Part shown: one piece after another, positions 17,335 to 26,001 of the stretch
How positions within the stretch are numbered: the stretch's first letter is position 1
Layout: every line of letters starts with the position of its first letter
Origin: an uncultured bacterium
GTDB lineage: Bacteria; Methylomirabilota; Methylomirabilia; Rokubacteriales; CSP1-6
DNA: 39,508 bases
Reading direction: 5' to 3'
NCBI GenBank assembly: GCA_964450175.1
Contig: CAYVHH010000371.1
Coordinates: forward strand, 1 to 39,508
Program-made: the position numbers and the translations under genes
The notes under the pieces: model-generated
The model's database searches: none
The model's input: the letters and a program-made list of their open reading frames with translations, nothing else
Told to the model about the DNA's origin: nothing

Positions 17335-18792
17335 ATGGCCCAACGCGTTCGCTATCCCGATCACATCGAGCCCCTGGTGCAGTTCGTCGAGGAGACGACG
17401 CCCGACCGCATTGTGGCCGCGACCCACGACAAGCTCGCCGCTGGCACGACGGTGAAGGACATGCTGCTGGCCTCGGCCCTGGCGGTGGTGCGCTCCTCGG
17501 ATCTGCCGCCCGGCCATCACGGCGGCCCGCTGCATCCGCTCTGCGGCCTCCACGCCGTCCGTCACATCTCGGCGCGGCTCTCCGGCGAGTACGCGATGCT
17601 CCCGGTGATCCAGAACGTGGCGGTGTCCAACAAGCACATCCATTCGCCGGCGATGGGTCCCTACGTGCTCGCCGACGCGCAGCCCGTATCCGAGAGCGAC
17701 GACGTTGAGGCGACGATCAAGGGGTTTCGAACCGCAGTGAGCCGCGGCGTCTACAACGCGTGCGACCACTACTACCTGTATCTGCTCGAGCGGCTCTCGC
17801 CCATGCAGGTGCTCGAGCTCCTGCTCGAGGTCGGCGTGCCGAAGAACCAGCTCGACGACCATTACTTCCTGTTCCCGGTGTTCACCTTCCGCGCGCTCGA
17901 GTACTTCGGCTGGGACTACGCGAAGTACATCGGGCGGGCGCCGGTGCGCTACATCACGCGCCCGACGGCGCCGGCGATGATGATCGCCGTGGACGAGCTG
18001 ATCCGGAAGTACGAGCTGCTCGAGCGCGACCTGCGCGCGAAGACCGGCGCAGACGAGACCGCGGCCGTGACGGCGCTCGCCGACGAGATCGGACGTTCTC
18101 GCGAGTTCGCCGAGATTCCGGAGCTGCTGGCGCGGGCGCTCGGCGGCGGCCTGTCGCTCGAGGGCGCCGGCGAGGCCCTGTCGGTCGGCGGGTCCACGCT
18201 CTTCCTGCGCTCGAAGACCGGCAACCCGATGGACGTGCACATCAACACCGGCGCCAACACGCGGCGCTATCTGCTGCGCCAGCCGGAGCTGTCCCGGCGC
18301 ATCAAGCTCCAGGCGCTCCTCGTCTGGAACACGGGGCCCGAAGTGCGGATGGCCCAGCACATGCTGGCGTCGGACGTGCAGCCGGAGCCCGAGCGCGTGG
18401 CGGCGTTGCCGTCCCACACGCAGGAGGAGCTGCTCGACGAGATCGACAGCGTGATCAGCCGCCTCCCGGTCGGCGAGCGGTTGCCGACGGCCGGTCTGGC
18501 CAGCTGGCGCTCGACGGACGAGGTCAAGCACGTCGCCGCGCTGGCTCAGCAGTACGCGGACAAGGCGTACGCCCCCGAGGCGTTGATCGACGTGCTCGCC
18601 AAGATCGCCTGCCGCGACAACTTCACCGAGATGCATGCCTTCAAGCATCATCAGGCGACGTACGAGGAGTTCTACGCGACCCGTCCGTCGCTGCGCTGGC
18701 GCCACCTGGTGGCGGCCGTGCAGGCGAGCGCCATCTCGCACGGCCGCATCCAGGATGTGTTCGACCACGCGGCCGAGGTGATGCATTTCTAG
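17335..18792 (+). CDS. Hypothetical 485-aa cytoplasmic protein, no family recognised
   Basis: ATG 17335 sits 7 nt after GGGAGGA and 16 nt after the TauD stop. Composition is clean and coding-like (strong G/C at third codon positions). No signal peptide or TM segment is evident. Several His-rich patches occur: PPGHHGGPLHPLCGLHAV, NKHIHSP, and EMHAFKHHQ. Confidence 0.8.
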   Translation: MAQRVRYPDHIEPLVQFVEETTPDRIVAATHDKLAAGTTVKDMLLASALAVVRSSDLPPGHHGGPLHPLCGLHAVRHISARLSGEYAMLPVIQNVAVSNKHIHSPAMGPYVLADAQPVSESDDVEATIKGFRTAVSRGVYNACDHYYLYLLERLSPMQVLELLLEVGVPKNQLDDHYFLFPVFTFRALEYFGWDYAKYIGRAPVRYITRPTAPAMMIAVDELIRKYELLERDLRAKTGADETAAVTALADEIGRSREFAEIPELLARALGGGLSLEGAGEALSVGGSTLFLRSKTGNPMDVHINTGANTRRYLLRQPELSRRIKLQALLVWNTGPEVRMAQHMLASDVQPEPERVAALPSHTQEELLDEIDSVISRLPVGERLPTAGLASWRSTDEVKHVAALAQQYADKAYAPEALIDVLAKIACRDNFTEMHAFKHHQATYEEFYATRPSLRWRHLVAAVQASAISHGRIQDVFDHAAEVMHF

Positions 18793-18798
18793 GCCGCC

Positions 18799-20469
18799 AT
18801 GCACATCCTGGTCCTGTCCTCGCGTCTCACGGAGAATCGTCGCGCCGCGTTCCGGGCTCTGACGCGGGAGCTCGGCGAGCCACGATTCGTCACGCCCGGC
18901 GAGCCGGCGCCGGACGTGTCCGCGTGCGACGCGATCGTCGTGGACGGGCCGCAGCCCGCCCAGCCCTCGCAGGCCCTCGCGGCGATCCGCGCGGCGGTCG
19001 AGCGCGGCATGGCGCTGGTGGCGATCGGCGGGGCGCCGGTCGAGCGCGACGGCTTCTGGGCTGAGCTGCTCGGGGCGGTGGCGGGCCCGGAACCGCCGCC
19101 GGGCGAGTACTACGCGAGGGTCACGGAGGCCCACTCCCACATCTCGGCCCGCGTCACGCGCGAGTTCGCGCTCGTCGACGGGTTCGTGCCCCTCATCCCG
19201 ATCACGGACGGCAAAGTCATCGTCGACGTGAGCGTGGCGCTGCGCGATCTCGCCGCGGTGGTCGAGACGTCGCGCGGCGCCGGCCGCGTGGTCGCGTGCG
19301 GGCTCGGGAACACGGACGCGGCGCTGCGCAACCCCGAGCTCGCCCAGCTGCTCGGGCGCGCGCTGCGTCCCGACTTGCATTGCTGTGGGCGCCACATCGG
19401 CGTGGGCATCGTCGGCTACGGCCCGCTCGGGGGCATGGGCTATCACCATGGGCTCGGGGTGACCGCGACCGAGGGGCTCGAGCTCGTCGCCGTGGTCGAT
19501 CCGAACCTCGAGCGCCGCAAGGCGGCGGAGGCGGACTTTCCGGGTGTGCGAACATACGCGGCGGTGAGCGAGCTGGTCAGTGACGACGACGTCGAGGTCG
19601 CGCTGGTCGCGACGCCGCCCGCACATCACGTGGCGCTGACCCTCGCGCTCCTGCGCGCGGGCAAGCACGTGGCCTGCGAGAAGCCGCTCTGTCTGACGGT
19701 CGCGGAGGCGGACCAGATCATCGCCACCGCGGCGTCCAGCCGGCGCATGCTGACGGTTCACCAGAATCGCAGATGGGATCCCGACTTCGTCGCGCTGCGC
19801 CGCGCCGTCGGTGCCGGGCTCCTCGGCGAGATCTTCAACGTCGAGACCTTCGTGGGCGGCTACGCCCATCCGTGCCGCACCTGGCACTCGGACACCGCGG
19901 TCTCCGGCGGTGCCGGCTACGACTGGGGCTCGCACCACGTCGACTGGGTGCTCCAGCTCATCGCGGGCGCGCCGCGCGTCGTGCAGGCGCACGGTCACAA
20001 GCGCGTCTGGCACGACGTGACCAATCACGACCAGATTCGTGTCCGCATGATATGGCCCGACGGTCGCGAGGCGGAGTTCCTCCAGAGCGACATCGCCGCG
20101 GTGCGCCGGCCCAAGTTCTACGTGCAGGGCACGGCCGGCACCCTGGTCGGCTCGTATCGCACGATCACCCTCGAGGCGATCGAGCCCGGCCGCGGCTACG
20201 TCGCCACGCAGCCGCATCACGCCGAGGCGCCGGCCGAGCTGGTGCTGGCGCGTTACGAGAGCGGCTACGGGATCAGCGAGACCCGGCTGCCGCCGGCGGT
20301 GGATCAGCCCTTCGCATTTCATCGCAACCTCGCCGATCACCTCCATCTCGGCGAGCCCCTCGCGATCACCCCGGCGTCGGTGCGGCGCGTGATCGGCGTG
20401 CTTGAAGCCGCGCAGCGGTCGAGCACGCGCGGGGGCGCGCCCGTCGTGATCGAAGACGACGGGAGCTGA
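18799..20469 (+). CDS. ThuA-like domain fused to a Gfo/Idh/MocA family oxidoreductase
   Basis: The N-terminal ~190 aa (ACDAIVVDG...ALVAIGGA...GAGRVVACGLGN) follow the ThuA/GATase1-like pattern. From IGVGIVGYGP onward the sequence is a Rossmann domain with a CEKPL motif and the Gfo C-terminal domain. Confidence 0.82.
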   Translation: MHILVLSSRLTENRRAAFRALTRELGEPRFVTPGEPAPDVSACDAIVVDGPQPAQPSQALAAIRAAVERGMALVAIGGAPVERDGFWAELLGAVAGPEPPPGEYYARVTEAHSHISARVTREFALVDGFVPLIPITDGKVIVDVSVALRDLAAVVETSRGAGRVVACGLGNTDAALRNPELAQLLGRALRPDLHCCGRHIGVGIVGYGPLGGMGYHHGLGVTATEGLELVAVVDPNLERRKAAEADFPGVRTYAAVSELVSDDDVEVALVATPPAHHVALTLALLRAGKHVACEKPLCLTVAEADQIIATAASSRRMLTVHQNRRWDPDFVALRRAVGAGLLGEIFNVETFVGGYAHPCRTWHSDTAVSGGAGYDWGSHHVDWVLQLIAGAPRVVQAHGHKRVWHDVTNHDQIRVRMIWPDGREAEFLQSDIAAVRRPKFYVQGTAGTLVGSYRTITLEAIEPGRGYVATQPHHAEAPAELVLARYESGYGISETRLPPAVDQPFAFHRNLADHLHLGEPLAITPASVRRVIGVLEAAQRSSTRGGAPVVIEDDGS

Positions 20470-20470
20470 C

Positions 20471-21451
20471 GTGCCCGCCCCGGCGCGGCCGGTCGGTTGG
20501 GGGGTGATCGGCGCCACGTCGCAGGTCGCCCAGAAGGCGGTGCTGCCCGCGATCGCCGCGAGCCCGGGCGCGCGCCTCGTCGCGGTCGCGAGCGAGAGCG
20601 CCGCCGATGGCGGCGCCGGTTGTTTCGAGCCCCGGCGAGCCCACCGGGCCTACGACGCCGTGCTCGACGACCCCGAGGTCGAGGCGGTCTACGTGCCGCT
20701 GCCGAACAGCCTGCATCGCCCGTGGGTCGTCCGCGCGGCGGCCGCCGGCAAGCACGTGCTCTGCGAGAAGCCGCTGGCGCCGACGGTGGCCGATGCCGAG
20801 GCAATGGCGGCGGCGTGCGAGCGCGCCGGGGTCGCGCTCGGCGAGGCCTACATGACGCCGTTCCATCCCCGGGCGATCGCACTCGACACGCTCGTGGCGT
20901 CGGGCCGCCTGGGCGCGCTGCGCTTCGCGCGGGCGGCCTTCACCGGCGTGCTCGACCGCGCGGACGACCATCGCTGGCGTCCCGAGATGGGAGGCGGCTC
21001 GCTGCTCGACGTCGGGATCTATTGTCTGGCGCCGCTCCTGGCGGCGGCGGGCCGTACGCCGGCGCGGGTCGAAGCGTCCGCCACGCTCGCAAAGTCGGGT
21101 GTCGACGCGTCGTTCTCTGGCTGGCTCGACTTCGGCGACGGGTTCACGGCGACGATCGAGTGCTCGTTCGACGCTCCCGAGCGCCAATTTCTCGAGATCG
21201 TCGGCACGGAAGCGTCGGTCGTCCTCGATCGCGCCTACACGCCGGGGCCCGCGGACACCGCGATGACGCTGCGTCTCCGTGACGGCCGGGTCGAGTGCAT
21301 CGTGACCGCCGGCGCCGATCCGTATCGGGAGATGATCGAGCATTTTCATGCTGTGGTCCGCGGCGGCGTACCGCGCAGACCCTGCGCCGCGTCGATCACC
21401 CTGCTCGCGGTCCTCGAACGGCTGCGTGGGGCCGCCGGGCTCGCCGCATGA
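20471..21451 (+). CDS. Gfo/Idh/MocA family oxidoreductase
   Basis: GTG 20471 sits 6 nt after GGGAG and 1 nt after the upstream stop. WGVIGATSQVA (Rossmann motif), HVLCEKPL and LLDVGIYC are present. Confidence 0.88.
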   Translation: MPAPARPVGWGVIGATSQVAQKAVLPAIAASPGARLVAVASESAADGGAGCFEPRRAHRAYDAVLDDPEVEAVYVPLPNSLHRPWVVRAAAAGKHVLCEKPLAPTVADAEAMAAACERAGVALGEAYMTPFHPRAIALDTLVASGRLGALRFARAAFTGVLDRADDHRWRPEMGGGSLLDVGIYCLAPLLAAAGRTPARVEASATLAKSGVDASFSGWLDFGDGFTATIECSFDAPERQFLEIVGTEASVVLDRAYTPGPADTAMTLRLRDGRVECIVTAGADPYREMIEHFHAVVRGGVPRRPCAASITLLAVLERLRGAAGLAA

Positions 21452-22728
21452 AGCGCATCGGCGTCATCTCCGTGCACACCTGTCCCCTGGCCGCGCTCGG
21501 CGGGAAGGAGACGGGTGGCATGAACGTCTACGTCCGCGAAGTCGCGCGACATCTCGGGCGGCTGGGGCTCGAGGTCGACGTCTTCACGCGGAAGCAAACG
21601 CCGGGTGTTCCGACGGTCGTGCCGCTCGGCTGGGGCGCGCGAGTCGTTCACATCGACGCCGGCCCGCAGCGGCCGGTGCCGCCGCCCGAGATCGTGGGCG
21701 ACCTGGACGAGTTCACCGACGGCGTGATGGACTTCCAGCGCCGGAGCGGCGCGGAGTACGCGCTGCTGCACGGGCACTACTGGCTGTCCGGCCTGGTCGC
21801 GGTCGATCTCTCCCGCCGCTTGGGCGGCGTTCCGATCGTCCAGATGTTCCACACCCTGGGCGTCGTGAAGAACGCGCTGGCCGATCAGCCCGGCGATCAG
21901 GTGCCGCAGTCGCGCGTCGACGCCGAGGCGAAAGTGGCGGCGCTGGCCGATCGCATCGTCGCCGCGACGCCGCTCGAAAGCGCCGAGCTCGCGTGGTACT
22001 GCGGGGCCGCCGTCGAGCGAGTCCGGACGATTCCGTGTGGAGTCGACGTCGAGCTCTTCAGCCCGGGCAGCGCGGTCGCCGCGCGCGAGCGTCTGGGGCT
22101 CGACGCCGAGTGGGTGCTGCTCTTCGTGGGGCGGCCAGCTCCGATCAAGGGACTCGAGGTCCTTCTGCAGGCGATCGCGCGCCTGAAGGCCGACGGGCTC
22201 GGTCGTGCCGACGTGAAGCTGGTGATCGTGGGCGGCGACCGGAACGAAGAGGGCAACGAGGATCGTGCCCGTCTGCGCGCGCTGGCCGCGGTGCTCGGTG
22301 TCGGCGCCTGGGTCGACTTCAAGGGACCCGAGCCACAGTCGGCGCTCCCCGAGTACTACCGTGCGGCCGATCTCTGCCTGGTGCCGTCGCATCACGAATC
22401 GTTCGGCATGGCGGCGCTCGAGGCCATGGCGTGCGGCGCCACGGTCGTCGCCTCGCGGGTGGGCGGTCTCGCCACCACGATCCAGGACGGCGTCACCGGC
22501 GTGCTCGTCCCGCCGCGCGACGACGTTGCCCTCGCCTCGGCGATCGGGTCGCTGCTGGCCGACGGGCCCCGGCGCCGCACGCTCGGCCGGCACGCCGCCC
22601 GCTGGGCGCAGAGCTTTGCCTGGCCGACCGTCGCGCGGGCGCTTGTCGACGTCTATGAGGAGCTGGTGCCCGATCTGCGCCGGCCGGCGCCGACTCCGGT
22701 CAGCGTGAACTGCGCGCTGACGATTTAG
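21448..22728 (+). CDS. GT4 family glycosyltransferase, MshA-like
   Basis: The gene forms an ATGA overlap with the upstream gene. The N-terminus ISVHTCPLAALGGKETGGMNVYV resembles MshA-type enzymes. The C-terminal ESFGMAALEAMACG (E-x7-E) is the GT4 signature. Confidence 0.88.
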   Translation: MKRIGVISVHTCPLAALGGKETGGMNVYVREVARHLGRLGLEVDVFTRKQTPGVPTVVPLGWGARVVHIDAGPQRPVPPPEIVGDLDEFTDGVMDFQRRSGAEYALLHGHYWLSGLVAVDLSRRLGGVPIVQMFHTLGVVKNALADQPGDQVPQSRVDAEAKVAALADRIVAATPLESAELAWYCGAAVERVRTIPCGVDVELFSPGSAVAARERLGLDAEWVLLFVGRPAPIKGLEVLLQAIARLKADGLGRADVKLVIVGGDRNEEGNEDRARLRALAAVLGVGAWVDFKGPEPQSALPEYYRAADLCLVPSHHESFGMAALEAMACGATVVASRVGGLATTIQDGVTGVLVPPRDDVALASAIGSLLADGPRRRTLGRHAARWAQSFAWPTVARALVDVYEELVPDLRRPAPTPVSVNCALTI

Positions 22729-22730
22729 CC

Positions 22731-22755
22731 CGCGGGCCTTCTGTCGAGGCCCGCG
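22731..22755 (+). terminator. GC hairpin after the GT4 gene
   Basis: CGCGGGCC (22731-22738) pairs with GGCCCGCG (22748-22755), giving an 8-bp stem and 9-nt loop. It starts 3 nt after the stop and has no U-tract. Confidence 0.4.
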
Positions 22756-22791
22756 CCGAGCACTCGGCTCGGCCCATGAGATGAAAGCGGC

Positions 22792-23292
22792 ATGATTGGA
22801 CGCATTGCGGGCTTTGTGATCTTTGTCGGGATCTCGGCGGCGCTCGCCGGCTGCGCGAAGGTCTCGGTCCCGCTCCCCATCGACGCACGCTCGCCCGAAG
22901 CCATGCGCGGCCGGACCGTCGTCGCCGTGGCGAAGCAATACGTCGGCGCGCCGTACCGATGGGGCGGATCGAGCCCGTCCGGGTTCGACTGCTCGGGCCT
23001 GGTGCGTTACGTGTACGCGAAGGTCGGGGTCGTGCTCCCGCACAGCGCCGCCCAGCAGTACCGCTTCGGCACGCCCGTCACGCGCGACGAGCTCGCGCCG
23101 GGCGACCTGGTGTTCTTCGATCATCTGCGTCACAACGGGATCTACGTCGGCGGCGGCCGCTTCATTCACGCCAGACAGACCGGCCGGCGCGTGGCCGTCG
23201 CCCGCCTCGACGACGAATGGTATGACTCTCACTTCGTCGGGGCGCGGCGACTCGATCTCCCGCCGCCAGCGGAGAACGACGCGGGCCGTTAG
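22792..23292 (+). CDS. NlpC/P60 (C40) family peptidoglycan endopeptidase lipoprotein
   Basis: The lipobox is LAGC. YRWGGSSPSGFDCSGLVRYVY carries the catalytic Cys, and HNGIYVGGGRFIHA the catalytic His. Confidence 0.9.
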   Translation: MIGRIAGFVIFVGISAALAGCAKVSVPLPIDARSPEAMRGRTVVAVAKQYVGAPYRWGGSSPSGFDCSGLVRYVYAKVGVVLPHSAAQQYRFGTPVTRDELAPGDLVFFDHLRHNGIYVGGGRFIHARQTGRRVAVARLDDEWYDSHFVGARRLDLPPPAENDAGR

Positions 23293-23675
23293 TCCTTCAC
23301 CGCCGGCAGCTGCATGAGCTGCAGGACGTTGCCGTCCGGGTCGGCGAACGTGGCCACCCACCCACCCCACTCTTCCTGAGCGGGCTCGCGGCTGAAGCCG
23401 ACACCGGCACGAGTCAGCCGGGCGTGCTCGGCGTGGATGTCGGCGACGGTCAGGTTGAGCATGATCCGGAGTGGCTCACGGCTGACGCCGCGGACTGCGG
23501 CGTGCACGCCGACGCTGAGGCGCACGCCGTGCCAGTCGAAGTTGATGAAATCCGACTTGGCGGAGCGTGGCGTGAGGCCGAGCGTCTCCCGATAGAAGCG
23601 CGCCATGGCCGCGAAGCGATCGGCCTCCGTCCAGATGAGCACCCCGGCCAGTCCGTCGATCGACCCCGCCGTCAT
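23289..23675 (-). CDS. VOC (glyoxalase/bleomycin resistance) family protein
   Basis: ATG 23675 sits 5 nt after GGAGG. The 128-aa product ends with FADPDGNVLQLMQ, a typical VOC C-terminus. Confidence 0.82.
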   Translation of the reverse strand: MTAGSIDGLAGVLIWTEADRFAAMARFYRETLGLTPRSAKSDFINFDWHGVRLSVGVHAAVRGVSREPLRIMLNLTVADIHAEHARLTRAGVGFSREPAQEEWGGWVATFADPDGNVLQLMQLPAVKD

Positions 23676-23784
23676 CCGCGCCTCCCCAGCCTCCCGTCGC
23701 CGCCGTCGATTCTATCCGAGCGGGCCCTGCCGGTCGCGACGTGTGAGAGCCCCGGCGTCTCGCCAGCGATGCTAGGATTGGCGC

Positions 23785-24672
23785 ATGACGAAGCCGACCG
23801 ATTCTCCGAGCTCGAGGATGGTCGAGCGGCGCATCGCGGTCGCGCCGGGTATCGAGCTGCACGTGGAGGCGCGGGCCGGCGATCGGGACGCGGCTCCCTT
23901 CGTGCTCGTGCACGGTCTGGCGTCCAACGCGCGGCTCTGGGACGGCGTCGCCGAGCAGCTGCACGCCGCCGGCCACACGGTGATTGCGATCGATCAGCGT
24001 GGGCACGGTCGCTCCGACGCGCCGGACCTCGGCTACGACCTCGACACGGCCGTCGCCGATCTCCTCGCGCTGATCGGCACGCTCGAGCTGGAACGCCCCG
24101 TCCTGGCCGGCCAGTCGTGGGGCGGCAACGTGGTGCTGGAGCTCGGCTGGCGCCACCCGGATGCCGTGCGGGGCATCGCCTGCGTCGACGGCGGCGTCAT
24201 CGAGCTGGCCCAGGCCTATCCATCGTGGGACGACTGCCTGGCGGCGCTGACGCCGCCGGCGCTCGACCACCTCACGCTGGCAGAGCTCGAGGCGCGAATT
24301 CGCCGGAGCGTGCCGCACTTCAGCGATCGGGCGGTGGCGGCGTACCTGCATTGCTTCCGCACGCGCGCCGACGGAACGATCGAGCCGCGGCTGCAGCGCG
24401 GCCGGCATCTCTCGATCCTGCGCTCGCTGTGGGAGCATCGTCCCTCGACCCGCTGGGCGACGTTGAAGACGCCGACGATGCTGTTGCTGGCCGACAGCGG
24501 TGATGCGTCGAGGACGTCCCGCAAGCGTAGCGCCGAGGCCGCGGCGCTCGCGGCCGGCGGCGCGATCCGCTCGGTCTGGTTCTCGCCCGGCCACCACGAT
24601 CTGCACCTGGAGTCTCCCGAGCGCGTGGCGGAGCTCTTCCTGCACGCGCTCCGCGAACGGTTCTTCGCGTGA
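23785..24672 (+). CDS. Alpha/beta hydrolase
   Basis: FVLVHGLASN (HG oxyanion motif), DQRGHGRS and the nucleophile elbow GQSWGG are present, with a C-terminal GHHDLHLE His. Confidence 0.9.
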   Translation: MTKPTDSPSSRMVERRIAVAPGIELHVEARAGDRDAAPFVLVHGLASNARLWDGVAEQLHAAGHTVIAIDQRGHGRSDAPDLGYDLDTAVADLLALIGTLELERPVLAGQSWGGNVVLELGWRHPDAVRGIACVDGGVIELAQAYPSWDDCLAALTPPALDHLTLAELEARIRRSVPHFSDRAVAAYLHCFRTRADGTIEPRLQRGRHLSILRSLWEHRPSTRWATLKTPTMLLLADSGDASRTSRKRSAEAAALAAGGAIRSVWFSPGHHDLHLESPERVAELFLHALRERFFA

Positions 24673-25973
24673 CCGCGCGCGTGCCGCGCATCCTGGCCAT
24701 CATGGGGTCGGGCGAGACGGCTCCGACGATGGTGACGCCCCACCGCGAGATCGTCGCGCGTCTGGGCGAGCCGACGCCGCGTGCGGTCCTGCTCGACACG
24801 CCCTACGGGTTCCAGGAGAACGCATCGGAGATCACCGAGCGGGCGGTCGAGTACTTCGCGCATCGCGTCCAGCTGACGATCGAGGCCGCCGGTATTCTCG
24901 GGCCGCTGGCCCCCGATCAGGCCCATCGCGCTCCGCTGGCCGAGGCCGCCGCGCTCTCGCGGCTTCGCACGGCGGGCTTCATCTTCGCCGGCCCGGGGAG
25001 CCCGTCCTACGCGCTCTCGGTCTGGCGAAGCTCGCCGGTGCCCGAGGCGCTTGCCACCAAGCTCGCCGACGGCGGTGCGGTCGTGTTCTCGAGCGCCGCG
25101 GCGCTGACCCTCGGCCGCTTCAGCGTCCCGGTGTACGAGATCTACAAGGTCGGTCATCCCGTGCACTGGCTCGATGGGCTCGATCTGATGCGCGCGGCCG
25201 GCTTCGAGGGCGGGTGCGTCGTCATCCCGCACTACGACAACGCCGAGGGCGGCACGCACGACACACGCTTCTGCTATCTCGGCGAGCGGCGGCTCGCGAC
25301 GATGGAGGCGATGCTCCCCGACGATGCGTGGGTGCTCGGCATCGACGAGCACACCGTGCTGGTGGCCGATCTCGACACGCAGACGGTCACCGTGTCGGGG
25401 CGCGGCGGGCTGACCGTGCGCCGCCGCGGTCGCTCGCAGGTGTTTCCGTCGGGCTCGAAGCTCGGCCTGTCGTCACTGCTCGCGGCCGCCCGCGGCGAAG
25501 CGCACACGTCTCATCGCGCGGCGGAGCGTGAGCCCGTCGCGGCCGCCGACCCGGCGAACGACAGCGGAACGGCGCCGAAGCGATCGCCGCTTCTCGCCGA
25601 GGTCGGCCGGCTCGAGCAGGCCTTCGAGGCGGCGATCGCCGGGCGGCGCGCGCCCGAGGCGGCCGAGGCGATTCTGAGCCTCGACCGGATCATTGCCGAG
25701 TGGTCCGCCGATACCCTGCAGACCGACGATCCCGACCGGGCGCGTGCCGTCCTCTACTCGTTGGTTCAGCGGCTGGGCGAGGCGGCGGCCGGCGGCCTGC
25801 GCGACCCGCGCGAGCTGCTGGCTCCGCTGGTCGAGAGTCTCATCACCCTGCGCGGGGAGCTGCGGGCGGCGAAGGCGTGGGAGCTCGCCGACCGGGTCCG
25901 CGACCGCCTGATCGCGGCGCGTATCGAGCTTCGCGATACGCCCGGAGGTACCGTCTGGGAGCTGCGCGAATAG
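24669..25973 (+). CDS. Fusion protein: peptidase-S51/GATase1-like N-domain plus CysRS C-terminal-like tail
   Basis: The start forms a GTGA overlap with the hydrolase stop. The N-terminus reads ILAIMGSGETAP...FIFAGPGSPSYAL...VVFSSAAALTLG, following the cyanophycinase/peptidase E pattern. The C-terminus LITLRGELRAAKAWELADRVRDRLIAARIELRDTPGGTVWELRE matches the extreme C-terminal domain of cysteinyl-tRNA synthetase/MshC-type ligases. I could not find HIGH or KMSKS motifs. Confidence 0.78.
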   Translation: MTARVPRILAIMGSGETAPTMVTPHREIVARLGEPTPRAVLLDTPYGFQENASEITERAVEYFAHRVQLTIEAAGILGPLAPDQAHRAPLAEAAALSRLRTAGFIFAGPGSPSYALSVWRSSPVPEALATKLADGGAVVFSSAAALTLGRFSVPVYEIYKVGHPVHWLDGLDLMRAAGFEGGCVVIPHYDNAEGGTHDTRFCYLGERRLATMEAMLPDDAWVLGIDEHTVLVADLDTQTVTVSGRGGLTVRRRGRSQVFPSGSKLGLSSLLAAARGEAHTSHRAAEREPVAAADPANDSGTAPKRSPLLAEVGRLEQAFEAAIAGRRAPEAAEAILSLDRIIAEWSADTLQTDDPDRARAVLYSLVQRLGEAAAGGLRDPRELLAPLVESLITLRGELRAAKAWELADRVRDRLIAARIELRDTPGGTVWELRE

Positions 25974-26001
25974 CGCGGTCGACCGCCGCCGGCGCGATCG
26001 C

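Noticed and set aside
17311-20517. A 1068-aa uninterrupted ORF on the minus strand, the longest in the track.
   Set aside because: It lies exactly antisense to two well-supported plus-strand genes that have SDs and recognisable domains. Its product is Arg/Ala/Gly/His/Asp-rich with no motifs. This is typical of stop-free shadow frames in very GC-rich DNA.
25975-25986. The GCGGTCGACCGC palindrome in the 28-bp gap between convergent genes.
   Set aside because: It is a 6-bp dyad with no loop, so it cannot form a meaningful terminator hairpin. It is probably incidental (it contains a SalI-type GTCGAC site).
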